This document shows, in pieces, positions 38,325 through 47,270 of a DNA stretch of 64,000 nucleotides (within the stretch, counting starts at the first letter, position 1; every line of letters begins with the position of its first letter). The DNA is from Candidatus Omnitrophota bacterium (GTDB lineage: Bacteria > Omnitrophota > Gorgyraeia > Aquiviventales > Aquiviventaceae). The stretch lies in NCBI GenBank assembly GCA_023247275.1, contig JAHFGT010000002.1:25961-89960 (forward strand). Direction: 5' to 3'. The notes below the pieces were generated by a model, which worked only from the letters and a program-made list of their open reading frames with translations, was not told where the DNA came from and did no database searches. The position numbers were made by a program, and so were the translations under genes.

Positions 38325-40376
38325 TCACTGACCCGGTTGACCGTGCGCGGTCTCTGGCGGGGGCGCGGCCGGCAGGCCTGGGGAGACGGCAGGATCTGGG
38401 GGCAACACCGGAGGAGTTGGGGACGCTAATCGATTCGCCGCATCGGGCGCGCCCTCGAGATTCTCGGCGCGGGATTCGACAGTCGACAACGCTCCGAGCG
38501 AGGGTTGTGGGTGATCGGTGTCAGGGAAAATCGTGAGCAACGGTTTGCCGACCAGGGTGATCTTCCCAATCGCCGGCTCGTACACGGCCCGCTGACTCAC
38601 CGCGGTATTCTGCTGCTGCTGAATCCGCACATGCCCGGTCGCTTCGGCATAGCGGATGGTGCGGCTCTGCTGATTCAGATAGGCGACCAGTCGATCCGAG
38701 AAGAGCTCCCCGTTGGGATCGATGACATGGACGTTCTGCTCGAAAATCGCCACGTTGTGCAGATAATCGAACGAGAGCGGACCGTCGCACGTGATGGTGA
38801 CATGCCGCGGCGACTCATCGGACAGCTCGTGATCGGTCGGGTTGAGCACCATTTCGATATCCTGCAACAGCGTCAGCTGCTTGAGTTGTGTGAGGCCATT
38901 GGCCCCACGCCCCCGCAGCAACACATGGTCGGTCTCGATTCTCACCGGCGCATCGGTGGCCACGCGGTTTTGATCTGGGATCCAATGAAGAATCGGCGCG
39001 GTCAGCCACACCCCCTCGGTCGTGTGCACCGTCACCTCGTGCTCTAGACGCACATGCCGATCGGTTTGGTTCACCTGCGCTGCGCTAGCAGTCAAGTAGG
39101 CGGTGCGGCCGATATCATAACCGATCGCATCCGGGTGGTGGATCGTCACGATGTTCTCATCTATCGTGGCCCCGTGCCCGTGCAGCTCCCATCGCCGGCT
39201 GCCATCGTCTTGGTATCCGGTCAGGACAAACCGGCTCATTTCCTGTGCCGGGGCTGCTGGATCGGTCGCCTCAACGTCCGGATGGCCGACCCCGAGGGAG
39301 GACTTGCTGCACCCCATCGCCGACCAGAGGAGCGCGCCGCCCAACACGAGTCCTATCGCCAAGTGACCCAGCGGCCTACTGGCCGAGGACACCGTCGTCG
39401 TGTTGAACATCTCTGATCGAGACGGCGCGGGCGTGGTCGAGCGTGCAGCGTCTGGGACGCTCGCGCCGGACTGGGGCCTGGCCTGGCCGGCGGATGGCTG
39501 CGTCTTCCACCGTCGATGCATCCAAACCCAATGGTCTGGATACCGGCGGATGTACGATTCCATCACATCGCTCCAACGCTGTGTTAATGCCGCGATGGCC
39601 TGGTCACGCTCGCCACCCGATGGCGCAGACAGCGGCGGTTCAATCACCAGACGAAACCGCTGTTGTTCGCGAATAAGAAAACAGGGTACGATCGGCGCCC
39701 GGCTCATGACCGACAACGCTGCCGGACCAATGGGGGTGTACGCGGGATGACCGAAAAAGTTGACGAAAATTCCTTCCAAACTGTCCATGTCCTGATCCGG
39801 GAGCATCCCGACCATCTGATTGGCGCGCAACACGCGAACGACCTCTTTGAGCGCCCCGCGCGCCAGCGTCGGGATCCCGCGGCGCCCGCGCAGATTAATC
39901 AGAAACGATTCGTATTCAGCGTATCGCAGGCGCCGGGCCAGCACCACACCTTCAAACCCCAACGAGCGCAAATAAATCGGGACGAGCTCCCAGTTCCCAA
40001 AATGCGGGCTGATGAGAATCGCCCCATCCCCTTTGGCCAACGCCGCCCGCAGATGCTCCACCCCTTCACTGGTGATCAAGCGTTGAATCTGCTGCTGACT
40101 CACCCCAGATAAGGCGAGCCATTCTAAGACGTTCTGCCCCAGGTTCATGAACGCGCGCCGGGCGGTGTGGCGGCGCTGCACTGGCGTCAACCAGTCCCCG
40201 AAGGCATACTGCAAATGGTCCAGCGCCAGTCGACGTTGGCCTGACAGCAGCAGATAGGCCGCGGCCCCAACCCCTTTCCCGAGCCGGCGAGCCACCGAAA
40301 ATGGCAGCAGTTGGGCGAGCCCTCGCAAGCCCTGAAACAGCAAATACATCAGACGTCGTTGGATGGGATGTTTCAT
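38325..40376 (-). CDS. Fusion ORF: lipid A late acyltransferase (LpxL/HtrB family) plus LptC-like plus LptA/OstA-like domains
   Basis: 683 aa with no internal stop. Residues 1-292 are the acyltransferase (SPHFGNWE...[11 protein letters not shown]). Residues 335-356 form a TM helix/lipobox ([12 protein letters not shown]). Residues 380-525 are LptC-like, and 530-640 form an OstA-like beta-jellyroll ([11 protein letters not shown]...ATGHVRIQQ...[14 protein letters not shown]). A Pro-rich tail follows. Confidence 0.7.
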   Translation of the reverse strand: MKHPIQRRLMYLLFQGLRGLAQLLPFSVARRLGKGVGAAAYLLLSGQRRLALDHLQYAFGDWLTPVQRRHTARRAFMNLGQNVLEWLALSGVSQQQIQRLITSEGVEHLRAALAKGDGAILISPHFGNWELVPIYLRSLGFEGVVLARRLRYAEYESFLINLRGRRGIPTLARGALKEVVRVLRANQMVGMLPDQDMDSLEGIFVNFFGHPAYTPIGPAALSVMSRAPIVPCFLIREQQRFRLVIEPPLSAPSGGERDQAIAALTQRWSDVMESYIRRYPDHWVWMHRRWKTQPSAGQARPQSGASVPDAARSTTPAPSRSEMFNTTTVSSASRPLGHLAIGLVLGGALLWSAMGCSKSSLGVGHPDVEATDPAAPAQEMSRFVLTGYQDDGSRRWELHGHGATIDENIVTIHHPDAIGYDIGRTAYLTASAAQVNQTDRHVRLEHEVTVHTTEGVWLTAPILHWIPDQNRVATDAPVRIETDHVLLRGRGANGLTQLKQLTLLQDIEMVLNPTDHELSDESPRHVTITCDGPLSFDYLHNVAIFEQNVHVIDPNGELFSDRLVAYLNQQSRTIRYAEATGHVRIQQQQNTAVSQRAVYEPAIGKITLVGKPLLTIFPDTDHPQPSLGALSTVESRAENLEGAPDAANRLASPTPPVLPPDPAVSPGLPAAPPPETAHGQPGQ

Positions 40377-40456
40377 CTGGGTGTAAACAAACTATTTTAC
40401 GGGACACGGTTGGCAGCGTCAAGCTGGCTGGTAACCAATCGAGGCGGAAGGCCCTG

Positions 40457-41623
40457 TCATTGGAGAGGGTGCGCTGCGAGGGTTTCCACAATCGCTGAGG
40501 CGATCACCGCATGCCCCTGGGCGTTGGGGTGAATCAGGTCCCCAGAGACGTAGAGGTTGGTGGCCGGGCTAGCCGATTCCAATAATGGCAGTGGATCGAC
40601 AAATCCAATGTCGTGGCGAGCGCACAGACGCCGCAGCCGTTCTTGGTACGAACATCTGGTCCAGGGACGACCCAGTTGAATGGCTGATGGAATCGCGACC
40701 AGAATCAATGTCGCTCCACGCGCCTCCAACAGACGGTGCGACTCCTCTACCAGCATCTCCGCATGGCGCCAGGCCTGCTCAACCGTTTGATTGACCGGGT
40801 GCTGTCCATCAACAGCCAGCGAGAATCCCCACCGGCTCGCCAACAGGCAACGCTCGATGAGGCGCCCCAGCGCGGTCTCATCGAGACAGGTCCAGCCGCC
40901 CAATCGCCGGACCGGGAACAAGACATCCGCTTCCGGCTCCACCAGGTCGTTGACATAGAATCCCCAGATCACCGCATCCGGTGACCAACTGAGCGCGCGC
41001 TCTCTGAGATGGCAGAAAATCTGGTCGACGTTCAGACCTGACACACCGGCATTGATCTCCTCAACATGGCGCGACGACGATAAACTGGCCTGCCAGCGGG
41101 CCGCGACCACCGCCGGATACGCTTCTTCATCTCGCACATAATAGCCGAAGGTCACCGAGTCTCCGAGGAAGACGAGCCGCGTCGTATCAGCCGGCTTGGC
41201 AAAGTCAGACTCGGCTCCTCGGTTTCCCAGCGCATTGATATGGAACGGCGCCACGTCGACCCGGACGCCTGGCTGACGCAGCTGCGAGAGATCAAACGTC
41301 TGTCGGACGACCAGATTGGTGCGTCCATAGATCCGGATGGAATACCCATCGCTATTCGGCACATTGACGTATCCCAACACCGGGTCCTGGTGCAACAGCG
41401 TATGATCCAGGAAACACCCATTAAAGAACCGCACACGAACAGGATCGTTGGCCTGCCGATGGATGAGCGAATCCACGTTTGATCCGGTGAGCTGTTGCAG
41501 ATTGACACCCGACTGGCTGGATTCACGCCATTGCAAGATACGCTCGACCGTCGACAGGGTCACCGCAACTGACAAGATCGCCAGACCAGCGCGAACCGCC
41601 ACCCGTTGTCCGAGCTGGTGCAT
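40457..41623 (-). CDS. SGNH/GDSL hydrolase family protein with N-terminal membrane anchor
   Basis: 388 aa with block I FLGDSVTFG, block III FYVNDL and block V GDLIHPN. The start overlaps the upstream stop by 1 nt (TGATG). Confidence 0.75.
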   Translation of the reverse strand: MHQLGQRVAVRAGLAILSVAVTLSTVERILQWRESSQSGVNLQQLTGSNVDSLIHRQANDPVRVRFFNGCFLDHTLLHQDPVLGYVNVPNSDGYSIRIYGRTNLVVRQTFDLSQLRQPGVRVDVAPFHINALGNRGAESDFAKPADTTRLVFLGDSVTFGYYVRDEEAYPAVVAARWQASLSSSRHVEEINAGVSGLNVDQIFCHLRERALSWSPDAVIWGFYVNDLVEPEADVLFPVRRLGGWTCLDETALGRLIERCLLASRWGFSLAVDGQHPVNQTVEQAWRHAEMLVEESHRLLEARGATLILVAIPSAIQLGRPWTRCSYQERLRRLCARHDIGFVDPLPLLESASPATNLYVSGDLIHPNAQGHAVIASAIVETLAAHPLQ

Positions 41624-43467
41624 CAGGGCTGCTGGCGGCTGGTGCTGCGGTCAGAGGTGTGGCTCAATTGTTGCGCGATAGCGAACTGCTGGGCGGCTTC
41701 TGCCGGCCGGTCCTGGGCCACCAGCGCGATGCCAAGATTGCGGTGGGCTTCGGCGAATGCTGGATCTAATCGCACCGCCTCAGTAAAGTGCGGGAGAGCT
41801 TCTTGGCCCCGCTGCTGCTGCCACAACGCCACTCCGAGATTGTTCTGCGCCTCTGGATAGTTCGGGTTCAGCCGCAGCGCCTGTTCATATTCGAGGACGG
41901 CTTCTGGGACTTTTGCCTCACGGAGTAGTAGATTGCCCAAGTTATTGTAGGAATCTGGCAGCGAGGGCTTCAACCGAATAGCCTCAACGAATTGCGTCAA
42001 CGCCTCTGGCGCCCGGCCCTGCTGGGCCAGGATGTCGCCAAGATTGTTGTGCGCTTCGGCATAGGCAGGATCCAACCGAAACGCTTCGGTGTAGTGGGTC
42101 GCCGCTGCCTGTAGGTTGCCGGTTTTTTCGAATCCGTTTCCCAGATTGTTGTGTGCTCGGGCATTCCCTGGCCGGTGCGCCACCACATCAGCCCACAGGG
42201 TGATCTCACTGCGATACACCGCATTGCGACGGATGGTCAGCGAACCCAGCCCCAGGACGACGAGGCCAACCACCCCGCCGGCGATCCACCGCCGAACAGC
42301 CGCGTGGCGCCGCTCAAGCGGCCGCAGCAGGACCAGGGCTCCCATCACGAGCAGGACCATGACACCAGCCAGCGGCAGGTACAGGCGATGTTCAGCCGCT
42401 AGATCGGTGATGGGCAGAATGCTCGACGTCGGAGCCAAAGTGAGCACACACCAGGCGCCCACGAATCCGAGCGATGGGTAAACCCGCAGCGCCCACAGCG
42501 TGGCCCCCACCAGGCTGCTCACCACCAGTAGAGGCGGCACGATGGCGGCCGGTGTCCGAGCCACTGGCCAGACGTAATCGAAGCACAAGGGCGCCGGCCA
42601 CAGCGCCAGCCGAAGATAGTGCACGATGACGCCTGGCTGGGTCAGCGCATAGTCCAGCGGCGTCATTCGATGAAACGCGAACCCTGCACTCGGGCCATAC
42701 GCCTTCCACGCAAAGATCGCTAGGCCGATCAGCACACTCCAACTCGCCAGCAACCCCAGATACAGCCCGCGTCGTCGAGTCCAGGCTTGCCCAATGGAAT
42801 CGGCGAAGAACACCCGATCACAGAGCAACGCCGTGACTGGCGCTGTCACCATGACTGGCTTGGTCGCCATTCCGAGCGCGCACGCGAGCACCGCGATCAC
42901 CGACCATCCGCGGGAATTCGTCGCCGTCGCGCCACGGATCACCGCGTACAGCGTCACCACATACCACAGTCCCATCAGCGATTCGGCTCGCTGGCAGAGA
43001 TAGTCGACACTCTCCGTTTGGAGCGGATGCACCACCCACAAGAGCGCCACGGCCCCAGCCACCCATGCGGCCTCGCGTTCACACCGATCACGCACCCGAG
43101 GACTGAGCAGCAGACGCCGAACCACACCGGCCAATGTCAAGGCGGCGGCGATATGGATGAAGAGATTCGTGACGTGATACCCGCGCACATCTAACCCTCC
43201 CAGGGCATAGTTGATGGCGAACGTCAGATTGACGACAGGTCGCCAGGCGGCCGCAGCCCACAAGGGCACACTGACCGTGTCCCAGATCGGCCACAGGTGG
43301 CGCAGGTGGGCATTGTTGACGATCACGTGCTGATCATCAAAGATGAACGGGCCGGTGAAGCTGTTGTGATAGGCCCAGACCCCGGCGAGTAGGATCAGGA
43401 CCTGAACGAGCGGAAACCGTGATGTCGGAATCTGAGGACCGGGCGAGGAGCCGATCGTGGCCGCCAC
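41623..43467 (-). CDS. Polytopic GT-C-like glycosyltransferase (PMT_2/TMTC-like) with C-terminal TPR repeats
   Basis: 614 aa with about 11 TM helices, a first-loop acidic motif FIFDDQHVIVNN, and 5 C-terminal TPR units (AEAHNNLG..., PEAQNNLG...). The GTG start overlaps the upstream stop by 1 nt. Confidence 0.7.
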   Translation of the reverse strand: MAATIGSSPGPQIPTSRFPLVQVLILLAGVWAYHNSFTGPFIFDDQHVIVNNAHLRHLWPIWDTVSVPLWAAAAWRPVVNLTFAINYALGGLDVRGYHVTNLFIHIAAALTLAGVVRRLLLSPRVRDRCEREAAWVAGAVALLWVVHPLQTESVDYLCQRAESLMGLWYVVTLYAVIRGATATNSRGWSVIAVLACALGMATKPVMVTAPVTALLCDRVFFADSIGQAWTRRRGLYLGLLASWSVLIGLAIFAWKAYGPSAGFAFHRMTPLDYALTQPGVIVHYLRLALWPAPLCFDYVWPVARTPAAIVPPLLVVSSLVGATLWALRVYPSLGFVGAWCVLTLAPTSSILPITDLAAEHRLYLPLAGVMVLLVMGALVLLRPLERRHAAVRRWIAGGVVGLVVLGLGSLTIRRNAVYRSEITLWADVVAHRPGNARAHNNLGNGFEKTGNLQAAATHYTEAFRLDPAYAEAHNNLGDILAQQGRAPEALTQFVEAIRLKPSLPDSYNNLGNLLLREAKVPEAVLEYEQALRLNPNYPEAQNNLGVALWQQQRGQEALPHFTEAVRLDPAFAEAHRNLGIALVAQDRPAEAAQQFAIAQQLSHTSDRSTSRQQP

Positions 43468-43781
43468 TATTCACTCGGAATCGGGTGTCCAGGGGCAACA
43501 ACCTCTCGACGCCCGCCGCGCTGGAGGACCACGCCGTGCTGTTGGATCTCAACAACTTCCCATCCAGACACGGTATCGCCAACGCCTGCGGTTTGCTCAC
43601 CAATGATCGCCAATGGGCGTCGGGTATCCCAAAGAATCCCATCCAACGTCGGCGCGGCTGGCTGCGCAGCGACCGGGCTCCGAGGTCCGAAGACAAATGG
43701 GTCCCGCTCTTCTGCTTGAAGCTGACCCCCCAGCATCATCACGGCCAACACCGCCACCACCATGAGCGGATCACTCTTCAT
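43467..43781 (-). CDS. PilP/GspC-like small periplasmic assembly protein
   Basis: MKSDPLMVVAVLAVMMLGG signal/anchor from ATG 43781, followed by LDGILWDTRRPLAIIGEQTAGVGDTVSGWEVVEIQQHGVVLQRGG, a beta-domain pattern. Confidence 0.55.
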   Translation of the reverse strand: MKSDPLMVVAVLAVMMLGGQLQAEERDPFVFGPRSPVAAQPAAPTLDGILWDTRRPLAIIGEQTAGVGDTVSGWEVVEIQQHGVVLQRGGRREVVAPGHPIPSE

Positions 43782-44403
43782 GGGCTGTCGGTTGTGTCGG
43801 AACGGTTGGAGGGTCTGGGCGACCGCCCATGACATACAGCTCCAACTGCAATTGCGCGGTCACCACACCGGTCCCCTTTTCTTTGAGTTGGATCTCCGCA
43901 TGGTCAAGGGTCACCACGCCAGGAAAGGTGTCCGCGGCAAGCCGGTCCAGGACGGCGAGCAACGCGCGAAATCGACCTTCGGCCACCATCGTCACCGGCA
44001 ACCGCAAGCTTGGCTCGCCATCGATGACGAGCGGCTGGTCGCCGACGTGGGCCTGTTCCACGTTGCCCTGCCCGACGTCCACGAGCCGCAATTCGCTCGA
44101 TTTGAATGTTTGCACGAGCGCTTCCAGCAACTGTGGCAGCTCATCGTAGCGGCGAAACCGCGCCTGCAATGCCGCGAGTCGTTGTTGGGCGGCTGCGCTC
44201 CAGGCCGCTTCGCTGCCAAACGGGCGGACCAGATCATCGACCCTGGCCAGTTGGGTGGTGGCCTCTGCGAGCTGTTGACGATGCTGCACCCGTGCGGTTC
44301 GCATGGGGGCGTAGCCGAAGCACCAACTGGCCACCATGACCACACCCGTCACCAACAGCTGCCCCATCTGGGTGAGGTGCCGGTGCGTCCGACTCGGCCT
44401 CAT
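43771..44403 (-). CDS. PilO/GspM-like bitopic assembly protein
   Basis: 210 aa with one TM helix (LLVTGVVMVASWCFGY), a coiled coil, and a ferredoxin-like C-terminal part. The start overlaps the PilMN stop by 1 nt. Confidence 0.55.
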   Translation of the reverse strand: MRPSRTHRHLTQMGQLLVTGVVMVASWCFGYAPMRTARVQHRQQLAEATTQLARVDDLVRPFGSEAAWSAAAQQRLAALQARFRRYDELPQLLEALVQTFKSSELRLVDVGQGNVEQAHVGDQPLVIDGEPSLRLPVTMVAEGRFRALLAVLDRLAADTFPGVVTLDHAEIQLKEKGTGVVTAQLQLELYVMGGRPDPPTVPTQPTAHEE

Positions 44404-46019
44404 CAGCGACGCTGGCAGCTCAGCCGAAATTCCACCAGCTCCTCGTTCGTGCCGACCCGTCGGGTCGACCCTAGCTGCACATCACGGCACAGGCTGGACT
44501 GCTCGAGCCACAAGGCAAAACTGGAGACGGTCGAATCTGGGGTCTGCTCGCGTCCCTGCGCTTCGCCGGTCATGGCCACGCGCCCGTCGGGCTGAATGGC
44601 TAACGAGGCTAACCGCACCGCGCTGGGAAATCCCTGCGCCAGTCGCCGAAACCACGAGGGTGGGATTCCGTGCGCAGTGACTAATTGCTCCATGAGATGC
44701 GTGTGATGCTCGATCGTGTGCTGCAGCGTCACCAGCGGCTGGATGGCAATCCACCGATCGTTGACCGCTGCCAATTGTCGACTCATCCGGTGCGCTTGGA
44801 TCCCCTGCCAACCAAGACCCAACCACAGCCCCACCGTCAGGACCATGAAGAGCGCGCTGAGCAGCGCCGCAACGCGCCACCATTGTCGTCGCTGGCGAAA
44901 CAGCGGCATGTGCAAATCTAACTCGCTCGGACGACCCAGCAGCGCCAATCCGCACGCGACAGCAGCAGCCGCACCTGCGGCGCCGACCAATGGTTCGCAC
45001 GACAGTCGCGTCACCGGCACGCCAAGCTGTTGAGCAAACCAGCGATCGCTGTGTGGAATCCGCGACCCATCCCCACTGATCAGCAGACGCTGTGGCAGCG
45101 TTGACACGGTGGTCTGCGCACCAAACGTCATGGTCCGGCGCAGCTCACTGACCAGCTGCTCAAGGATGGGCTGAAGGATTGAGAAATACATCGTGGCCGA
45201 CACCTGACCGCCAACCCCCTCGAAGGACATCGATTCCGCGACCCCAGCCTCGGCTGACAGCGGCACAGAGGGTTGCGGGCTCGCCGGCAGACCGAGCCGC
45301 TCAATCAATGTCGCCGCCTCGGCGAGGGAGATGGAGCCTCCGCCTTGATCGGCAAGCCCGTGCACCAGCGCCTCGCAGACATGGCGCATCCCCAGGCTCA
45401 CGTCCCGGGCATAGATCGGTTCGCCGGAATCGACCAACACCATGGTCGTGCGCTCGCCGCCCATCTCCATCATCACCATCGCGTCCTTGTCCACAACGCC
45501 AAGGGTTTTACCGACCGTGACCAGAGCGACGGCCGACGGCACGACAGCGCTGGGAATCCACCCAGCCTGCCACAGCGCCTCGAGCTGCTGCTGCAGCGCA
45601 GCTTGTTCGCACGCGGCCACCACGACATCGCATTCCAGCTGGTCGGCCATCCGCTGCTGGCGTCGCAGTTGGAACGCGACCTGTCCCTGTTCAGCGTCAA
45701 ACGGCAACAGGGGAGGCAACCGGTCCTGCACCGCGGCGGATAATTGGCTTGGCTCATCGATTCGCACGGTCACGCTCCGAATCAACCCCAGCGGTGCTGC
45801 CAGGACGATCTGGGCCGTGAGCCGATCCCGCCGCAGCGGCTGGAGCAGCCTGGCCAGCCGCTGAGCGATCGCATCCGAATCAGCCACATCATTCAAGGCT
45901 TGCTCGCCATACCACCATCGCCGCCGGCCCTGGTGTTCGATGAGTTGGGTGACCCGCACCGCCATCGGGCTGAATTCGATTCCAATCCGCACCCGGGGAG
46001 TGTGCATGGAATGAATCAC
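44403..46019 (-). CDS. PilM-PilN fusion (GspL-like) assembly protein
   Basis: 538 aa with an N-terminal actin-like PilM domain of about 350 aa, a TM helix (WWRVAALLSALFMVLTVGLWLGLGW), and a PilN-like periplasmic part. The GTG start overlaps the upstream stop (GTGA). Confidence 0.7.
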   Translation of the reverse strand: MIHSMHTPRVRIGIEFSPMAVRVTQLIEHQGRRRWWYGEQALNDVADSDAIAQRLARLLQPLRRDRLTAQIVLAAPLGLIRSVTVRIDEPSQLSAAVQDRLPPLLPFDAEQGQVAFQLRRQQRMADQLECDVVVAACEQAALQQQLEALWQAGWIPSAVVPSAVALVTVGKTLGVVDKDAMVMMEMGGERTTMVLVDSGEPIYARDVSLGMRHVCEALVHGLADQGGGSISLAEAATLIERLGLPASPQPSVPLSAEAGVAESMSFEGVGGQVSATMYFSILQPILEQLVSELRRTMTFGAQTTVSTLPQRLLISGDGSRIPHSDRWFAQQLGVPVTRLSCEPLVGAAGAAAAVACGLALLGRPSELDLHMPLFRQRRQWWRVAALLSALFMVLTVGLWLGLGWQGIQAHRMSRQLAAVNDRWIAIQPLVTLQHTIEHHTHLMEQLVTAHGIPPSWFRRLAQGFPSAVRLASLAIQPDGRVAMTGEAQGREQTPDSTVSSFALWLEQSSLCRDVQLGSTRRVGTNEELVEFRLSCQRR

Positions 46020-46711
46020 GGGATTCGAATCGCAACAGACGACCGCATGGATTGACTCGCCTGACCTGCCTCAAACACGCCATTGCCGGTTTGCACGACC
46101 ATCGCCACATCAACGCGGCGGATCGCCGGATCAGGGGGGCAGGCCGGCGTCAGCAACGCACCGGCCTGATTGCGATACTGAAACATCGGACCTGACGCCA
46201 GCACGCGGGCGCTGCCCAGCGCGTCATACGGCACCAGCTCCTCGGTCGGCCCGGCCGGCACGCTGGCACACGTGGTCCCAGCCGGCACCAACGCCCGCGC
46301 AAGAGCCGCGTTGATCGTGTTCAGGCGCACCAGCACCAGTTGGCCATCAGAGCTCACATATCCCACCCGAACATCCTCGGTCAGCCACAGCGCCGGTTGA
46401 AGCCCGGTCCCGCCGAGCGGCACCCGGCGGATCGCAAAGCGCAAACCACGGATAGGATCAGCCTGGCCTGGCAGCGTCGAGAATCCCCCTTCGATCAGTT
46501 GCTGCATCACCTCAGCGGCGACATGGTCGGTGGCAACCGCCTTGGGCACAAATACCAGTGTCCGCACGCCGAAGAGAATGATTGGCGGTACCAAGGCAAA
46601 CAGCACTCCGGCAATCACCAGCACGAGCACCAGCTCTGGTAAGGTCCATCCCCCTTGACATCGACCGGCAAGAACTGATTCGTGTACGGGTGAACAGGTG
46701 TACGGGTGCAC
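46016..46711 (-). CDS. Minor (pseudo)pilin; start uncertain
   Basis: Class III signal ...RCQGG|WTLPELVLVLVIAGVLFAL, with Glu at +5. The nearest in-frame canonical start is GTG 46711, inside repeat 46677-46776. The ORF track starts at 46822. Confidence 0.6.
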   Translation of the reverse strand: MHPYTCSPVHESVLAGRCQGGWTLPELVLVLVIAGVLFALVPPIILFGVRTLVFVPKAVATDHVAAEVMQQLIEGGFSTLPGQADPIRGLRFAIRRVPLGGTGLQPALWLTEDVRVGYVSSDGQLVLVRLNTINAALARALVPAGTTCASVPAGPTEELVPYDALGSARVLASGPMFQYRNQAGALLTPACPPDPAIRRVDVAMVVQTGNGVFEAGQASQSMRSSVAIRIP

Positions 46712-46776
46712 GGGTCGTCGATCCGCAGGTGTTGGCGATCCGTCCACCTGTTCACCGGTACACTTGTTCACGAATC
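46677..46776. repeat. Octamer-unit palindromic element (family 1, copy c) with terminal inverted repeats
   Basis: GATTCGTGTACGGGTGAACAGGTGTACGGGTGCACGGG ... CCACCTGTTCACCGGTACACTTGTTCACGAATC. The first 32 nt are identical to the copy at 53978. Confidence 0.8.
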
Positions 46777-46826
46777 GAGTTCCCTGGGAAGCAGGGCCCT
46801 GCCTGCGAGAGGACCATCGCATAGCG

Positions 46827-47270
46827 CTACGATCCCCAGAGGACGAACTTGGTTCGGTACGTCACCACGGCCGCCAGTAATTCGCCGCGGCCGGTGCGGG
46901 TCACCCGCAGCTCAATGCGTTTGATTCCATTGCGGTCATTCGCCGGTGTAGCGCAGTTGTTCGTGCAGTCACCGGCCTGACACTGGACAATTCGCGTTAA
47001 GGCATATGGATAGCCAAGCCAGTAGCTCGGGGTCGGCGCAGGGCTTGCGCTCGTCAGCGCCAAGTCAGCGTGGCAGACATCGTTGAGGCTGTCGAGCCGC
47101 TCCATCTCGTCCCGTGCCAAGCTCATCGCAATGGTCATCTCTCGAATCTGCAAGGCCCCGCGCAGATACTCGCTGATGAAGACACCGACCGGCAGCCCGA
47201 TGATCGCCGACAGGCTAATGGCGATGACCAGCTCCACCAGTGTGAGTCCGCTCCGGCCTGGGTGAGTCAT
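46827..47270 (-). CDS. Minor (pseudo)pilin
   Basis: MTHPGRSG|LTLVELVIAISLSAIIGL from ATG 47270, which overlaps the upstream stop (ATGA). Glu is at +5. Confidence 0.7.
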   Translation of the reverse strand: MTHPGRSGLTLVELVIAISLSAIIGLPVGVFISEYLRGALQIREMTIAMSLARDEMERLDSLNDVCHADLALTSASPAPTPSYWLGYPYALTRIVQCQAGDCTNNCATPANDRNGIKRIELRVTRTGRGELLAAVVTYRTKFVLWGS

